Shown one piece after another: positions 43,240 through 53,614 of a stretch of 64,000 nt of DNA. Location: IMG/VR virus record IMGVR_UViG_3300032053_005312, positions 1-64,000 of that record. One strand, written 5' to 3'. Origin of the DNA: a virus. How positions within the stretch are numbered: the stretch's first letter is position 1; every line of letters starts with the position of its first letter. The notes beneath the pieces are model-generated. The model made no database searches. It was not told the DNA's origin and worked only from the letters and a program-made list of their open reading frames with translations. Both the position numbers and the translations under genes were made by a program.

Positions 43240-43641
43240 ATGGAATTATCACCCTCTGTTCAAAAACTTATAGCTATCCGCACCAAGCTGGAAGAGGAAC
43301 GGCATCAATTTGCCATCAAGCACGGCTTCGCCTTCAAGCGGGCGCAAAACTTCAAAGATTGCGTCGTGATCCGTTGGAAAACATCAACTAAGAAGCACAA
43401 GATCAACCATCCTCGCATTGAGGAATATGTCAAAATAAGTCATGAACTTTCCGACAAGCACAATTTGTGGGTTGAAGATTACCCATTCCTCGAAACCGGA
43501 CTCCTATTGTTGAAGATTGGCATTTACGTCTTCTATTCATGGGACTACCAATCTTGGGCCATCCCAAATGAAAACAAGGAAATTCAGGACTACGTTCTGA
43601 GCAATTTACCCAAATGGGCCAAAGTGAGTGTGAAGAAATGA
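43240..43641 (+). CDS. Hypothetical protein
   Basis: ORF overlapping the argS start. Confidence 0.5.
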   Translation: MELSPSVQKLIAIRTKLEEERHQFAIKHGFAFKRAQNFKDCVVIRWKTSTKKHKINHPRIEEYVKISHELSDKHNLWVEDYPFLETGLLLLKIGIYVFYSWDYQSWAIPNENKEIQDYVLSNLPKWAKVSVKK

Positions 43642-44930
43642 TTCGCCCTATCCCGCTATCTCATGGCGTTGGGTTTTTCTCAATGCAGCAATTGCCTCAA
43701 TTTGCAGGCAAGTACCGTGAGGAAAATGTCGGTCGCTACTGGAACTACTACGTCACTCCAGAGTGCCAGGAATGGCCCGAAGCTGTGACGTATAAGGGTC
43801 CGTATGTAATCGACGGGTTCTCCCCAAACCTCAACAAGAGTCTGCACGTCGGGCATCTACGTCAATTGGCTTTGGCCAAGTCTTTGGAGAGCATTATGAA
43901 CTATGCTCAACAAAAGCCTAATGCCAAGTTCGTGTCCCTATTGGGAGCGTCACAAGGCGTCTTTCAATACGCCACCGAGCAACTGAATGGATGGTTCGAT
44001 TTTCTGAACTTCCATCCAGAGTTGCACTACGACGTATTGATGCCACGAGATCAGGAGATCGTTCCTCGTTACAAAACCAAGGTGCCGGTCAAAGACTCTA
44101 TTTCGACCGACATTAACGGCAACCCTTTCGAGCATGAGGAAGAATGTGAAGTATGGGATGGCCCCAATGGGCCTGTAATCGTCGTTCGTTGGGATGGGCG
44201 TCCTTTGTATGCCTTCCAAGACATTGCCTTCTCGAAGGTTGTGGGGCCGACGCATTACATCACTGGCACTGAGCAACAGGAGCATTTCGCAAACCTGGGG
44301 CTGGGCGACAAGCACTTGCCTATGGGCCTTGTATTGGGCGCTGACGGCAAGAAGATGAAGTCTCGTACTGGCGATAGTGTCACGGCGAAAGAAGTGCTGG
44401 ATCAGATTGTGTCACAGCTTGATCCGACACCTGAACCGAACAAGCTGGCGTGGAATGTATTGGCATGGAACTTCCTTCATGTCGCTCGTTCCAAGAGTGT
44501 GAAATATACACCGCAAGAATGGACGAAGCCGGATGCTCCGGGCATGTATATTTCCTACACTTATGCTCGTTTGCAATCGGCCATGAGTCAGGTGCCATAT
44601 CGTGATCGCACGGCTCGGCATGTTGTTCGCATTACCGCAGCGGGTGTCAACGCAGTGTTTGATCCAGAGTACGATTTGACGCAAGGTGATGCCGAACTCA
44701 TTGGCTTTGCAAATCAACATGCTTATTTTTTGGCACGAAGCATTGAGTCGTTTGACCCAGCGATTTTGGCAAACTTCACTTACGATCTTGCAGCGAAATT
44801 AGGACAAGCGTATCATCTGGACAAAATCGTTGATGGTCGTTGGGGATTCAAGTATTCTGTATCGCAGGCGTTGACACACCTTCGTTTGTGCATGTGTCAA
44901 CTTGGCATGTTTCCTTTGGAGAAGATTTGA
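43638..44930 (+). CDS. argS: Arginyl-tRNA synthetase (lacking most of the N-terminal domain)
   Basis: SPNLNKSLHVGHLR; EQQEHF; KMKSRTG; YISYTYARL. Confidence 0.88.
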   Translation: MIRPIPLSHGVGFFSMQQLPQFAGKYREENVGRYWNYYVTPECQEWPEAVTYKGPYVIDGFSPNLNKSLHVGHLRQLALAKSLESIMNYAQQKPNAKFVSLLGASQGVFQYATEQLNGWFDFLNFHPELHYDVLMPRDQEIVPRYKTKVPVKDSISTDINGNPFEHEEECEVWDGPNGPVIVVRWDGRPLYAFQDIAFSKVVGPTHYITGTEQQEHFANLGLGDKHLPMGLVLGADGKKMKSRTGDSVTAKEVLDQIVSQLDPTPEPNKLAWNVLAWNFLHVARSKSVKYTPQEWTKPDAPGMYISYTYARLQSAMSQVPYRDRTARHVVRITAAGVNAVFDPEYDLTQGDAELIGFANQHAYFLARSIESFDPAILANFTYDLAAKLGQAYHLDKIVDGRWGFKYSVSQALTHLRLCMCQLGMFPLEKI

Positions 44931-45262
44931 TGGATGCTCAACAACGAGAGGCCGATCAGCGAGTCATCGCTTCTGAAAGGAAGATGACGGATGCCGAGTT
45001 TCTTGAAACCATGTCAAGAACGGACTCGTTGATTGACCATGAGCCTGATACCACCTGTGGCATGTGCCATCACCAATTCGTGATGGCACAGGTCGCTCGT
45101 GATATGATCGTTGCAGGCGAGACGGAAGACGTAATCAAGAAGTGGTCTGAGGAAGCCGAACGTCGTTGGCGTTCATCGAAATTTGTCCAGCTTTGGGACG
45201 AAGCTGTTGCTGCCGATAAAGACCCTAATGCGGTCTTCGAGGAACGTGGTTGGGAGCCTTAA
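44930..45262 (+). CDS. Hypothetical protein
   Basis: TGATG overlap. Confidence 0.55.
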   Translation: MDAQQREADQRVIASERKMTDAEFLETMSRTDSLIDHEPDTTCGMCHHQFVMAQVARDMIVAGETEDVIKKWSEEAERRWRSSKFVQLWDEAVAADKDPNAVFEERGWEP

Positions 45263-45263
45263 A

Positions 45264-45815
45264 ATGTCAGAACATGGAATCGTCAAAGATGGTTGTTGGG
45301 TGCCTTTGCCCCCAATCATGACTGTTGAATCCTTGTTGGCTTATGGATTTAGAGAATGGCCTGTCGGCCAACATGACAAGCATGATCGGCATTGGCAATT
45401 TTGCAAGCGTGATGAAAAGGGCAAGAAGCTCTATGTGCAGGTGCGACTGTGGGCGTTCAGTAAATACAGCAATACTGAACGAACAGTTGAAGACTCATTC
45501 GATGCCGATGTTCAGTTTGACATGAATGGTCCCAAGACATTCAACGTCAATATGAGCGTCAATAATATGACGCCAGCACAGGTCGTTGAATGGTTCGAGA
45601 AAATGCACGACACAATGGGATGTACTCATTACGAGTTGTATTCCGACGACCGATACAACGAAGAAGGCGAACAGACTTCTTTCGACTGTGATAAATGTGG
45701 AAGATATTTGCCACCAGAAGAAGCTGTCGCACCGTTTCTTTGTCCTGGGTGCAAGTACGAAACAGAGAGTGGTTTTAAGCAAGTTGCCAGAAAGGTCAAA
45801 GTAAAGCGTAGATAG
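45264..45815 (+). CDS. Hypothetical protein with Zn ribbon
   Basis: CDKC..CPGC. Confidence 0.55.
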   Translation: MSEHGIVKDGCWVPLPPIMTVESLLAYGFREWPVGQHDKHDRHWQFCKRDEKGKKLYVQVRLWAFSKYSNTERTVEDSFDADVQFDMNGPKTFNVNMSVNNMTPAQVVEWFEKMHDTMGCTHYELYSDDRYNEEGEQTSFDCDKCGRYLPPEEAVAPFLCPGCKYETESGFKQVARKVKVKRR

Positions 45816-45816
45816 C

Positions 45817-45845
45817 TTTACAATTTGGGCCTCTCGTGGTAGAAT
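45817..45845 (+). promoter_or_regulatory. Promoter TTTACA-N17-TAGAAT upstream of the release factor gene
   Basis: Repeated promoter family. Confidence 0.65.
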
Positions 45846-45881
45846 GTAGAGGTCCAGCAAAATTTTTTGGAGTAGAGAGAG

Positions 45882-46686
45882 ATGAGAAATGTCAAAATCA
45901 TGAATCAAGGACACGGCGGCAAATCTTCGGCAACATCCTGTCTTTAGCGACTCTAAAGTTCTAATCTTAGAACTGCATGGCGGGGAAGGTGGCGAAGACT
46001 CGAAGTTGTTCGTCGCCGATTTACTTGAAACCTATCTCAAATACGCTTCCAACTGTGGATTAGGCTATGAAGTCCTGACAAAAGAACACGGTCACGCAAT
46101 TGCCAAGATCACAGGCAAAGGCGTCTGGAAAGCGTTTCAAAACGAACCCGGCAAACACGTTGTACAGCGTGTCCCACCCACAGAGCGTGGTGGGCGACGG
46201 CAAACCTCTATTGTGACGGTTTCTGTCATGCCGCTGCCTCCTGAGAACACTCAGGAGCCGCTTCGTGAAAAAGACCTGGACATTATCTTTCAGACGGGCA
46301 AGCAGAAGGCAGGCGGTCAAAACGTCAATAAGGTGGCGTCAGCCGTCCGCATGAAGCATAAGCCGACTGGAATGATGGTGTTCATCAACGGTAGAGATCA
46401 GAAGCAAAATCTCGATGAGGCGTTGCGCATTTTGACCTTCAAGGTCAATGAGCAAAAGCGGCTCAAGATCGAGGGCGAATACGATCAATCCCGTAAGACG
46501 CAGATGATGAGCGGCGGTGATCGAATTGGTGGTAGAGGCGATAAAATTCGCACCTACAACTTCATTCAGTCTCGTGTCGTGGATCACAGGCTTGGTCGCA
46601 AAACGGCAAACATCAAAGAGGTCATGAAGGGTAATTTCTCCATCCTGTTCAATGATGGAGAAATGTCTGGCAGTGACGACGAATAA
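45882..46686 (+). CDS. prfA: Peptide chain release factor 1-like (lacks domain 1); needs +1 frameshift at CTT-TAG-C (45942-45948)
   Basis: ILELHGGEGGEDSKLF lies upstream of the ORF-track TTG start; E.GKH.VQRVPPT (PxT); AGGQNVNK; IRTYNF..RV.DHR. Confidence 0.88.
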
Positions 46687-46705
46687 CTCGATTTTGCTTA
46701 ATCGA

Positions 46706-46743
46706 GGGCCAGCATCTTCTTTTGGGGGTGCTGGCCTTTTTTG
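46706..46743 (+). terminator. Rho-independent terminator
   Basis: AGGGCCAGCATC../..GGTGCTGGCCTTTTTT. Confidence 0.7.
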
Positions 46744-46788
46744 TTCGCCCGTACTCCTTTGTTATATCCAGCTTCAAAGGAGCATATT

Positions 46789-47076
46789 ATGTGGCTTGAA
46801 TTAGGCAAAGAACGACCGGGTGGTGTCCCACAGAACAATCCACGAATTTGGGTCAATACAGACCATATCGTGCGTGTAGAATTCATTCAGGAAGGTGCGG
46901 TATTGACCGCTACAGTCATCTCTACGAAGCCGGGCGGTTCAGATCGCACGATATTCAAAGGTGATGACGCAGAACGATTAAGACTGGCTTTGAATATGGA
47001 GCGTTCGTGGCAACCACTGCTCGACTATGAAAAGCCAGCAGAGCCAGAAAAGGCTGTCAAAAAACCAAAGAAATAA
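46789..47076 (+). CDS. Hypothetical protein
   Basis: RBS AAGGAG. Confidence 0.6.
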   Translation: MWLELGKERPGGVPQNNPRIWVNTDHIVRVEFIQEGAVLTATVISTKPGGSDRTIFKGDDAERLRLALNMERSWQPLLDYEKPAEPEKAVKKPKK

Positions 47077-47121
47077 GCGAACCCGGTTTGCTTATTTCCT
47101 GTCAAGTAAACGGAGGGAAAA

Positions 47122-48048
47122 ATGGCAAACGTAATTAAAGAACTGTACGACAAGAGATTGACAAATCTCGGCGGTCATCGCTGGATTCCAGACAACATGC
47201 ACTACATCACAATGATGGGTAGTGTGGCCTATGGTGTTTCAAACGATACGTCCGACACGGACATTTATTCCTTTTGCATTCCACCAAAGGAAGAATTGTT
47301 TCCGCATCTTCGTGGCGAAATCGTAGGCTTTGGCGATGCCGTACACGCCAATAATAGATTCACCAATTACCAAGAACACCACATCAAAGATGTCGGTGCC
47401 GAGAAAGAATATGACCTCAACATTTACAATATTGTTGACTTCTTTCAGTTGGTGATGGAAAACAACCCTAACATGATTGACTCTTTGTTTACGCCTCAAT
47501 GGTGCGTATTGCATAGCACCAGAGTCGGCCAGATGGTGCGAGAGCAGAGGAAGATATTCCTTCATTTAGGAAGCTGGAATACTTTCAAAGGCTACGCCTA
47601 TTCACAGCTAAAGAAGTGTGGGTCAAAGAAGCGAACCGGGAAGCGAAAGCAAGTGGTAGACGAAATGGGCTTCGACCCTAAATTCGCTTACCATATTGTG
47701 AGAAATCTGAATGAAATCGAACAGATTCTCACAGAGGGCGATCTGGACCTACAGCGAAATAGAGAACAATTGAAGGCTATTCGCCGTGGGGAATGGTCGC
47801 TCGAACAGATAGAAGAATATTTCGAGCGGAAAGAACTTGAGCTAGAAACTCTGTATAATGAGAATAAAGCCGGTTTACCTTGGGGGCCTAAACACGATGG
47901 TTTGCAAGAGAAAGTTAAACAACTTCTCTTTCAGTGCCTCGAAGAACACTATGGATCGCTTGACAAATGTATTGTCAATCCAGATGCCGCAGTGATGGCT
48001 CTCCGGGAGGTTGGCGACGTTCTCGCAAAATACAGAAACCTTCTATGA
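47122..48048 (+). CDS. Pol-beta-superfamily nucleotidyltransferase (YcgL/RlaP-like)
   Basis: GSVAYG..SDTD; NNPNMIDSLF; FKGYAYSQ; K.AYH..R; L.AIRRG. Confidence 0.82.
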   Translation: MANVIKELYDKRLTNLGGHRWIPDNMHYITMMGSVAYGVSNDTSDTDIYSFCIPPKEELFPHLRGEIVGFGDAVHANNRFTNYQEHHIKDVGAEKEYDLNIYNIVDFFQLVMENNPNMIDSLFTPQWCVLHSTRVGQMVREQRKIFLHLGSWNTFKGYAYSQLKKCGSKKRTGKRKQVVDEMGFDPKFAYHIVRNLNEIEQILTEGDLDLQRNREQLKAIRRGEWSLEQIEEYFERKELELETLYNENKAGLPWGPKHDGLQEKVKQLLFQCLEEHYGSLDKCIVNPDAAVMALREVGDVLAKYRNLL

Positions 48049-48683
48049 AATTCATTCCGACAGATGTTGAAAACTGCACGGTCGTCATGATGGATCGCTA
48101 TCATGACGACCGTGGTTTTTTTCAGGAACTCTACGAACAAGACAAATATACGCATGGCATTGAGTTATTGAATTGGCAACAAACCAATTGGTCCGTAAGC
48201 AACAAGAACGCATTGCGAGGAATCCATGTTGCTAATTATGCCAAGCTAGTCACATGCGTCTCAGGAAAAATATGGGACTTGGTAGTTGATCTTAGGACAA
48301 ACTCGCCAACTTTCTTAAAGTACGTCGGAGTCGAACTGACTCCTGATGAACCCAAACAAGTCTATGTGCCGCCAGGATGCGGACATGGGTTTGTATCTCT
48401 TGAAGACAACTCTTCTGTTGTCTATATGCAGACTGGTCGATATGCCCAAGATGGCGAATTGACGGTTATGTATAACGAACCCAATCTTGCCATTCAATGG
48501 CCCGGCGAAAACCACACTATATCAGAACGTGACAAAGGTGGTCAGCCGCTCTGGTCTTTTCAGATGTGTTTATCTGAAAAAATAGACTATAAAATGAATG
48601 ATGAGCTTCAATCTGTATGGGTCGCCTCTCTCCCTCCAGAAAACCAGGAAGAGTGGAACAAAAAATATCCTAAGTTAGAATAA
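48045..48683 (+). CDS. rmlC: dTDP-4-dehydrorhamnose 3,5-epimerase
   Basis: DDRGFFQE; LRGIH; KLVTC.SG.I.D..VDLR..SPTF; PPGCGHGF. Confidence 0.9.
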   Translation: MKFIPTDVENCTVVMMDRYHDDRGFFQELYEQDKYTHGIELLNWQQTNWSVSNKNALRGIHVANYAKLVTCVSGKIWDLVVDLRTNSPTFLKYVGVELTPDEPKQVYVPPGCGHGFVSLEDNSSVVYMQTGRYAQDGELTVMYNEPNLAIQWPGENHTISERDKGGQPLWSFQMCLSEKIDYKMNDELQSVWVASLPPENQEEWNKKYPKLE

Positions 48684-49590
48684 AGTCAACAAATTGAATT
48701 TCCAATACATCTCTTGGAAACTGTGTTCCTGCCGCTAGAGCTTTATTTTCACTTACTTTCCATTGTTCTTTGATTCGTCTTAGGACGGCAGGCTCGTGAG
48801 TGAAAAATAGCTCTACAGGATGTGTGACTAATTCTTCTTCAGATATGGTTAGTCCTGCCTCTTCGATTATCTTTCTATATTCCGTCATAGGATCGAGGAA
48901 GTTTCTAGTGCGGGTTTCTTTTAGTCCCATACTAAACAATTCATCTGTGTCGAACACAAGATGCAGATAAGCTCTATTTAGTTGCTTATAAAGGTGCGTG
49001 CCGTGGCGACTGGTCCAGGGATGGCATCGTAAATAAATGCGACCATTTGGAGCTTTGACCTCGTTTGCTTTGATGAGTATATTTTCATCTGCGTGGTCAA
49101 TGACATCATTGACCAGTATGACATCGTATGGGCCATTCTTTTTGATTTCGTCAAAATCAGTGCTGAATTGCAGGTTGACGGTATCTTCAAAGTGGCTCCA
49201 GTTTTGCTCGCTGGGATCATAGCCCATAGCCAATTTGACGCCGACGAGATTGGCAGCAACATAGGGAACATGCCCTTCACCGCAGCCGAAGTCTAGTAGC
49301 TTTTTATCGCTTAGATCGGTGCGAATAAAGTCATGTACGATTCCTGCTGCACGAGACAGCTTGTGATCCTCGTCTTCGCCGCAAATTAGGTCTTCAGGCA
49401 CCGCCAGAGGCCATTTCTCGGATTTAGCGAGCAATCGGAGGGTTGTGATCTCCGATAGCCTCTCACGCTCACCAACGGGCATTGGGGGCGATTTGAGTTC
49501 TTCTTCGAGTAACGAACGCATGAAGCCTGTCATGTGTTCAAGCGCCCGGAGGTATTCTTTGATTGTTTTTTGGTCCATGTTTCTTTCCAC
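48670..49590 (-). CDS. Class I SAM methyltransferase
   Basis: LLDFGCGEG; YDVILVNDVIDH. Confidence 0.75.
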   Translation of the reverse strand: MERNMDQKTIKEYLRALEHMTGFMRSLLEEELKSPPMPVGERERLSEITTLRLLAKSEKWPLAVPEDLICGEDEDHKLSRAAGIVHDFIRTDLSDKKLLDFGCGEGHVPYVAANLVGVKLAMGYDPSEQNWSHFEDTVNLQFSTDFDEIKKNGPYDVILVNDVIDHADENILIKANEVKAPNGRIYLRCHPWTSRHGTHLYKQLNRAYLHLVFDTDELFSMGLKETRTRNFLDPMTEYRKIIEEAGLTISEEELVTHPVELFFTHEPAVLRRIKEQWKVSENKALAAGTQFPRDVLEIQFVDFILT

Positions 49591-49636
49591 CTAAGACTCT
49601 ATTAGATGAGTGAACTTTGCGAAAATTGGAGCGTGC

Positions 49637-50170
49637 ATGAAAGATTTTGAACGGACATTGTTAATTGGGGTCGTATTTGATCTATCGACGTTGCACACCA
49701 ACGGTACTCGGAACTTGGATATTGTAAAGGATGTTCTTCTGAAGAATGTCTTGGATGTGAAGCCGTCATCGAAAATATATGTTTCTCATCCAAATTGGCA
49801 TACAATCCCACGGGATCAGGGGGAAAGCACATATTATGTGATCTCCTATCAAGAGCCGCCAAATTTCTATGTTGATTCTACTTTGAAAAACGCCGTCACA
49901 GTTGTTGGCGAGTATGTCGAAGATTGTGATAAGTATATGTTTTTGATTACAGATCGTTTTCAAGCACCACGCAACTATCAATATCGCAAGGGATTTTTGG
50001 CAAATAATATCAGAGGCTATAGTACGAAGATGTGTGTCTTTGGCATAGGAGATGGTTATGACAACATGAATCTCAAATCATTGGCCGAAGAATACGAGGC
50101 ACATTTTTCACACTTGTCAGACGCCGCCTCGCTGTCTGATGAACTTACCAAATTGTTGACGGGATACTAA
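49637..50170 (+). CDS. vWA-like hypothetical protein
   Basis: VFDLS; LITD; VFGIG.GYD. Confidence 0.45.
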   Translation: MKDFERTLLIGVVFDLSTLHTNGTRNLDIVKDVLLKNVLDVKPSSKIYVSHPNWHTIPRDQGESTYYVISYQEPPNFYVDSTLKNAVTVVGEYVEDCDKYMFLITDRFQAPRNYQYRKGFLANNIRGYSTKMCVFGIGDGYDNMNLKSLAEEYEAHFSHLSDAASLSDELTKLLTGY

Positions 50171-50955
50171 TGGAAAATCCAAAGATATTCGTAAAGCGAA
50201 CTGTAGAAAATAATCCTTTTTACATGGCCCCGGTGGAAATCATCATTCCATTTCATGGCGAACAGGCTCGTGTTGCCAAGTTGATGGAGAGTATATTTAC
50301 CACAGTGCATACCAACAGGTATTTGATTTCTCTAGTTGACGATGGTTCTCCGAACCAGACATTCATCAAAGATATAGACAAGAAGAAAATGCCTGGTGTG
50401 CGATGTTTTCGTACCGATGAAAACAAGGGATTCGGAGCAGCGGTAAATTTGGCACTCAAAACTCCGTGGAGCCAAAATATCACCTGGATCGCCATTATGC
50501 AGTCTGATGTTTTTGCAGAAGAAAACAATTGGCTCTCCAATATGGGAGAGACGATGAATCTACTCAAGAATAAAGGCGTAAAAATGGTGTCTCCAATGAC
50601 CAACAATCCAATGGTCGAGTCAAATATTTTGACTGGACGAAAAAGTGATCGTCGGCCTGATGCGATTTTGACAGAAGGCTATTTGCCGATGTATTGCGTA
50701 TTGGCTCATAGAGAATTGTTCAATAAAGTTGGGTCATTGAAAGAATGCCCGTATGCCGGAACCGAAGCTGAAGAATTCGCCGTGCGTATGCGATTGATGG
50801 GTTACAAACAGGCTGTGTGTGGCACCAGTTGGGTGAATCACTCTGGCGGCGCTACCCTTGCCAATTTCACTGAAAACATAAAGGTTCAGGAAATGTTGCG
50901 AAAGGTAAAAGAAGAGTTCGATCCAGGCCCTAAGAAAGAGGCCCAGGTTGGATAG
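50170..50955 (+). CDS. Glycosyltransferase family 2
   Basis: IIIP; LVDDGS; N.GFGAAVN. Confidence 0.8.
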   Translation: MENPKIFVKRTVENNPFYMAPVEIIIPFHGEQARVAKLMESIFTTVHTNRYLISLVDDGSPNQTFIKDIDKKKMPGVRCFRTDENKGFGAAVNLALKTPWSQNITWIAIMQSDVFAEENNWLSNMGETMNLLKNKGVKMVSPMTNNPMVESNILTGRKSDRRPDAILTEGYLPMYCVLAHRELFNKVGSLKECPYAGTEAEEFAVRMRLMGYKQAVCGTSWVNHSGGATLANFTENIKVQEMLRKVKEEFDPGPKKEAQVG

Positions 50956-51003
50956 ATAATGGTGAAGTGATTAACTCTTCAACCTATTATGGAGGATATT
51001 CTC

Positions 51004-51159
51004 ATGAGATGCAAAAAGCCAGACGGCACATACACGACAACCAGTTGGTTGTACTTCTACCCTCAGTGCGGTAGAATTCTGCAAGCCCTTGGCATCTGCT
51101 CTGCTAAGGCAGGCGCATATGTTCCAGCTATTACGGTATGCACTCAGCGTTTGTACTAA
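51004..51159 (+). CDS. 51-aa Cys-containing small protein
   Basis: Strong RBS GGAGG; followed by a terminator. Confidence 0.5.
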   Translation: MRCKKPDGTYTTTSWLYFYPQCGRILQALGICSAKAGAYVPAITVCTQRLY

Positions 51160-51184
51160 CGCTTGATTGTTGACCATATTTAGA

Positions 51185-51220
51185 GAGGTTGCCCGATTGA
51201 AAAGTCGGGCAACCTTTTTT
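51185..51220. terminator. Terminator between convergent genes
   Basis: AGGTTGCCCGA../TCGGGCAACCT + T run. Confidence 0.75.
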
Positions 51221-51656
51221 ATTTGCCTTGCCAATTTTCACTGTGGTCGATCAGTTCTTTTGCGATTGCTTCATAGCAAGGACGATCAATGGTTCCTGCT
51301 GAGGGGCTATCGAATTCCATCACAAAGATTTGATGGACGACTTCGGTGATTTCCTTCAATCCTGGCGTGCCACGGATAGCCAGTTCACGCAAGATCATTC
51401 TGGCTTCAATATCATATTCGTCTTTTGGCACTACGCAGGGAACCAGATCAATCGGGTCATGTTCATACAGAATCCGTGTGAGCCAATCCAATGCGTTACC
51501 GAAGCGACACAGATCGTCTCTGTGTTCGAGATCATGGAGATGAAGCATCTCCATCCGTTGGTCTTGTGTGACTCCATTGCCTTTGCTGGTCTGAAAGATC
51601 AATCGCAGTCCCGCCATACGTTCTTTGGCAGCATTGTTCCATTCGGTGTATTTCAT
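51219..51656 (-). CDS. Hypothetical protein (DUF1871-like)
   Basis: DPI..P.DEYD.EA..I. Confidence 0.55.
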   Translation of the reverse strand: MKYTEWNNAAKERMAGLRLIFQTSKGNGVTQDQRMEMLHLHDLEHRDDLCRFGNALDWLTRILYEHDPIDLVPCVVPKDEYDIEARMILRELAIRGTPGLKEITEVVHQIFVMEFDSPSAGTIDRPCYEAIAKELIDHSENWQGK

Positions 51657-52294
51657 ATTGCTCTGGTTATATGGGTGGCATAGCCAAAAATGTTGCTGAT
51701 GTAAGAGTGATGCCCAGGAGGGGATAAGTATACCATCTTGCCGCCGTGCTTTTCAACCAACTGAAGCAGTCTTCCTGGTGAGCGAAACACAGCGCCCCAC
51801 GTTTGGGCTTTGAGGTCATCTTGTTCGTATAGGGCTATTGCCCACTTGCCGTCCTGATGAGTAGGAATAAGCCTATCATCTAAATGGGAAAATTGGAGTG
51901 CATAAATGCCACCAACTTTTAGACTCTTGATGATCTTCTGAAGTTGAATCTCAAAGGCTTCATGACTCATGTGTATGCACACATTGTTTGAGAATACATA
52001 GTCGAACTTATTCTCAGGCAAGTCATCTTCAGGCAGAAATTGGCCGAGCGTATATGGCTTGACATTTTCAAGAGCGATTGGCGAAATATCAAGGGCATAT
52101 ACATTGCCGCCTTTTTGTTGGTAAAACTTGCTTGGGTTGCAAACGCCAACGCCGATAGCAAGAATAGTTTTACCAGCCAGAGAATCCGGGTCGATTCTCA
52201 AAACGCCTAGTTCAGTAGGCCCGTCACTACCCGTCAGACTGATGCAGTCTTGACGGGTGTGAACGTCGTTCCAAAAGTCTTGTATTTCGCTCAT
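51653..52294 (-). CDS. Class I SAM methyltransferase
   Basis: ILAIGVG; ALDIS; FDYVFS; LKVGG. Confidence 0.75.
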   Translation of the reverse strand: MSEIQDFWNDVHTRQDCISLTGSDGPTELGVLRIDPDSLAGKTILAIGVGVCNPSKFYQQKGGNVYALDISPIALENVKPYTLGQFLPEDDLPENKFDYVFSNNVCIHMSHEAFEIQLQKIIKSLKVGGIYALQFSHLDDRLIPTHQDGKWAIALYEQDDLKAQTWGAVFRSPGRLLQLVEKHGGKMVYLSPPGHHSYISNIFGYATHITRAI

Positions 52295-52300
52295 GCTTTA

Positions 52301-53449
52301 TTAAGTCCGACTGAGACGAATTTTACTGCTCGACATATCAACCGGAGGCAAAATATCCGGTGGAATGATTTGGCCCATCTTCAAGAAGCGAGGGTCGATG
52401 CCGTCGAGTCCTTCTTCATGCGAAGCCCTTCCATCCATTATACGGTGGAAGACGATAAATTTGGCATCCTGGCGAATCAGGGTTGCCACTACTTCGTCAA
52501 TCTTGCCGTATTTCGGGTCGCTGATCCGCTTAAATGTATCCCAGCCTACCACGAAGGTTGCGCCGTAGAAATATTCGGCCTTCTGCATGAAGGTCGCCAG
52601 CGACGTAAAGTGAATGTCTCCACACCACGGATTGACTTTTTGCGATTCCAGATGAGCGATCCGCTCTCTGAGATTGGTGTAATTGAAGGCAGGCTTATCG
52701 ACATTGTGGACACACACTTCGAGATCGACTGGTTTTCCAGTAATCTCGAACACCTTGGCTGCAATGCCAGCATGTCCGGGGTGAAGTGGATGGAATGATC
52801 CAGCGAAAATAACTCGGTTCTCTGGACGGTCCATTCCAGCGGCGATACCAAGCGTGAGGGACTTCAACTGTCCGGTCAACAGCTTGAACATTTCCGGCGT
52901 GCCGGGGGTCATGACTTCTGTGACGTAATTATTCTCAAAAATGTCGATGGCTTCATCACGAAAGCCAGATGCAAACGCCAGCACACCGATTATAACACGG
53001 GCAACCAGAGTTTCTTCTTCGACTCGGTTGTGTCCACGACCAGTCAGGTCGATTTCGTAGGTTCGTGTGAATTCGCTGGTTTGAACAGCGATATAGGCGT
53101 GGTGTTCTCGTCCTTCACGCTCATGATCTTTGGCAAGCGAACAGGATGCGCCGATTCCGACAAGACTTTCGGCATTGTCCAGTCCAGAGTATTTGATGGC
53201 TTTCTGATATGCTGCCATTGCCAGATCACGAGCAGCGCCAGTGGAACAATATTTGTCGGGAGTTCCCTTCACAAAGTTGTCGAACGACTTCTGATCGTAT
53301 GGTACAATGGCTTCCAACACGGTGTTGGAACCTTGGCCATATCGGAGAAGTTCTCCGATGACTTCGGCCCCGCCCCCGGTGAGAGCAAGCACTGCTTTTT
53401 GCGGAGTTTGATGGATTCTCAAGACCAGATCACGTTCTGACAGCGACAT
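52301..53449 (-). CDS. CinA-like/NMN adenylyltransferase-like (cytidylyltransferase) fusion
   Basis: TGGG..GSNTVLEA.VPY; FAGSFHPLHPGH; F..KA..F.GATFVVG.DT; SSSKIR. Confidence 0.75.
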   Translation of the reverse strand: MSLSERDLVLRIHQTPQKAVLALTGGGAEVIGELLRYGQGSNTVLEAIVPYDQKSFDNFVKGTPDKYCSTGAARDLAMAAYQKAIKYSGLDNAESLVGIGASCSLAKDHEREGREHHAYIAVQTSEFTRTYEIDLTGRGHNRVEEETLVARVIIGVLAFASGFRDEAIDIFENNYVTEVMTPGTPEMFKLLTGQLKSLTLGIAAGMDRPENRVIFAGSFHPLHPGHAGIAAKVFEITGKPVDLEVCVHNVDKPAFNYTNLRERIAHLESQKVNPWCGDIHFTSLATFMQKAEYFYGATFVVGWDTFKRISDPKYGKIDEVVATLIRQDAKFIVFHRIMDGRASHEEGLDGIDPRFLKMGQIIPPDILPPVDMSSSKIRLSRT

Positions 53450-53614
53450 TTTATGCTCCCGTAAAAAATTGGTTCATCAGATTGTACCACGGCATTTGTG
53501 GGGTGTAAAATGTGTGGTGTAAAACTTCAAACTGGTCTTGTGGCCTTTCGCAGCTTTCGGTAGAATCGGGCGAGTTTCATCCATCACGGCATCGTGACCA
53601 AAAGGAGTTAGCCG

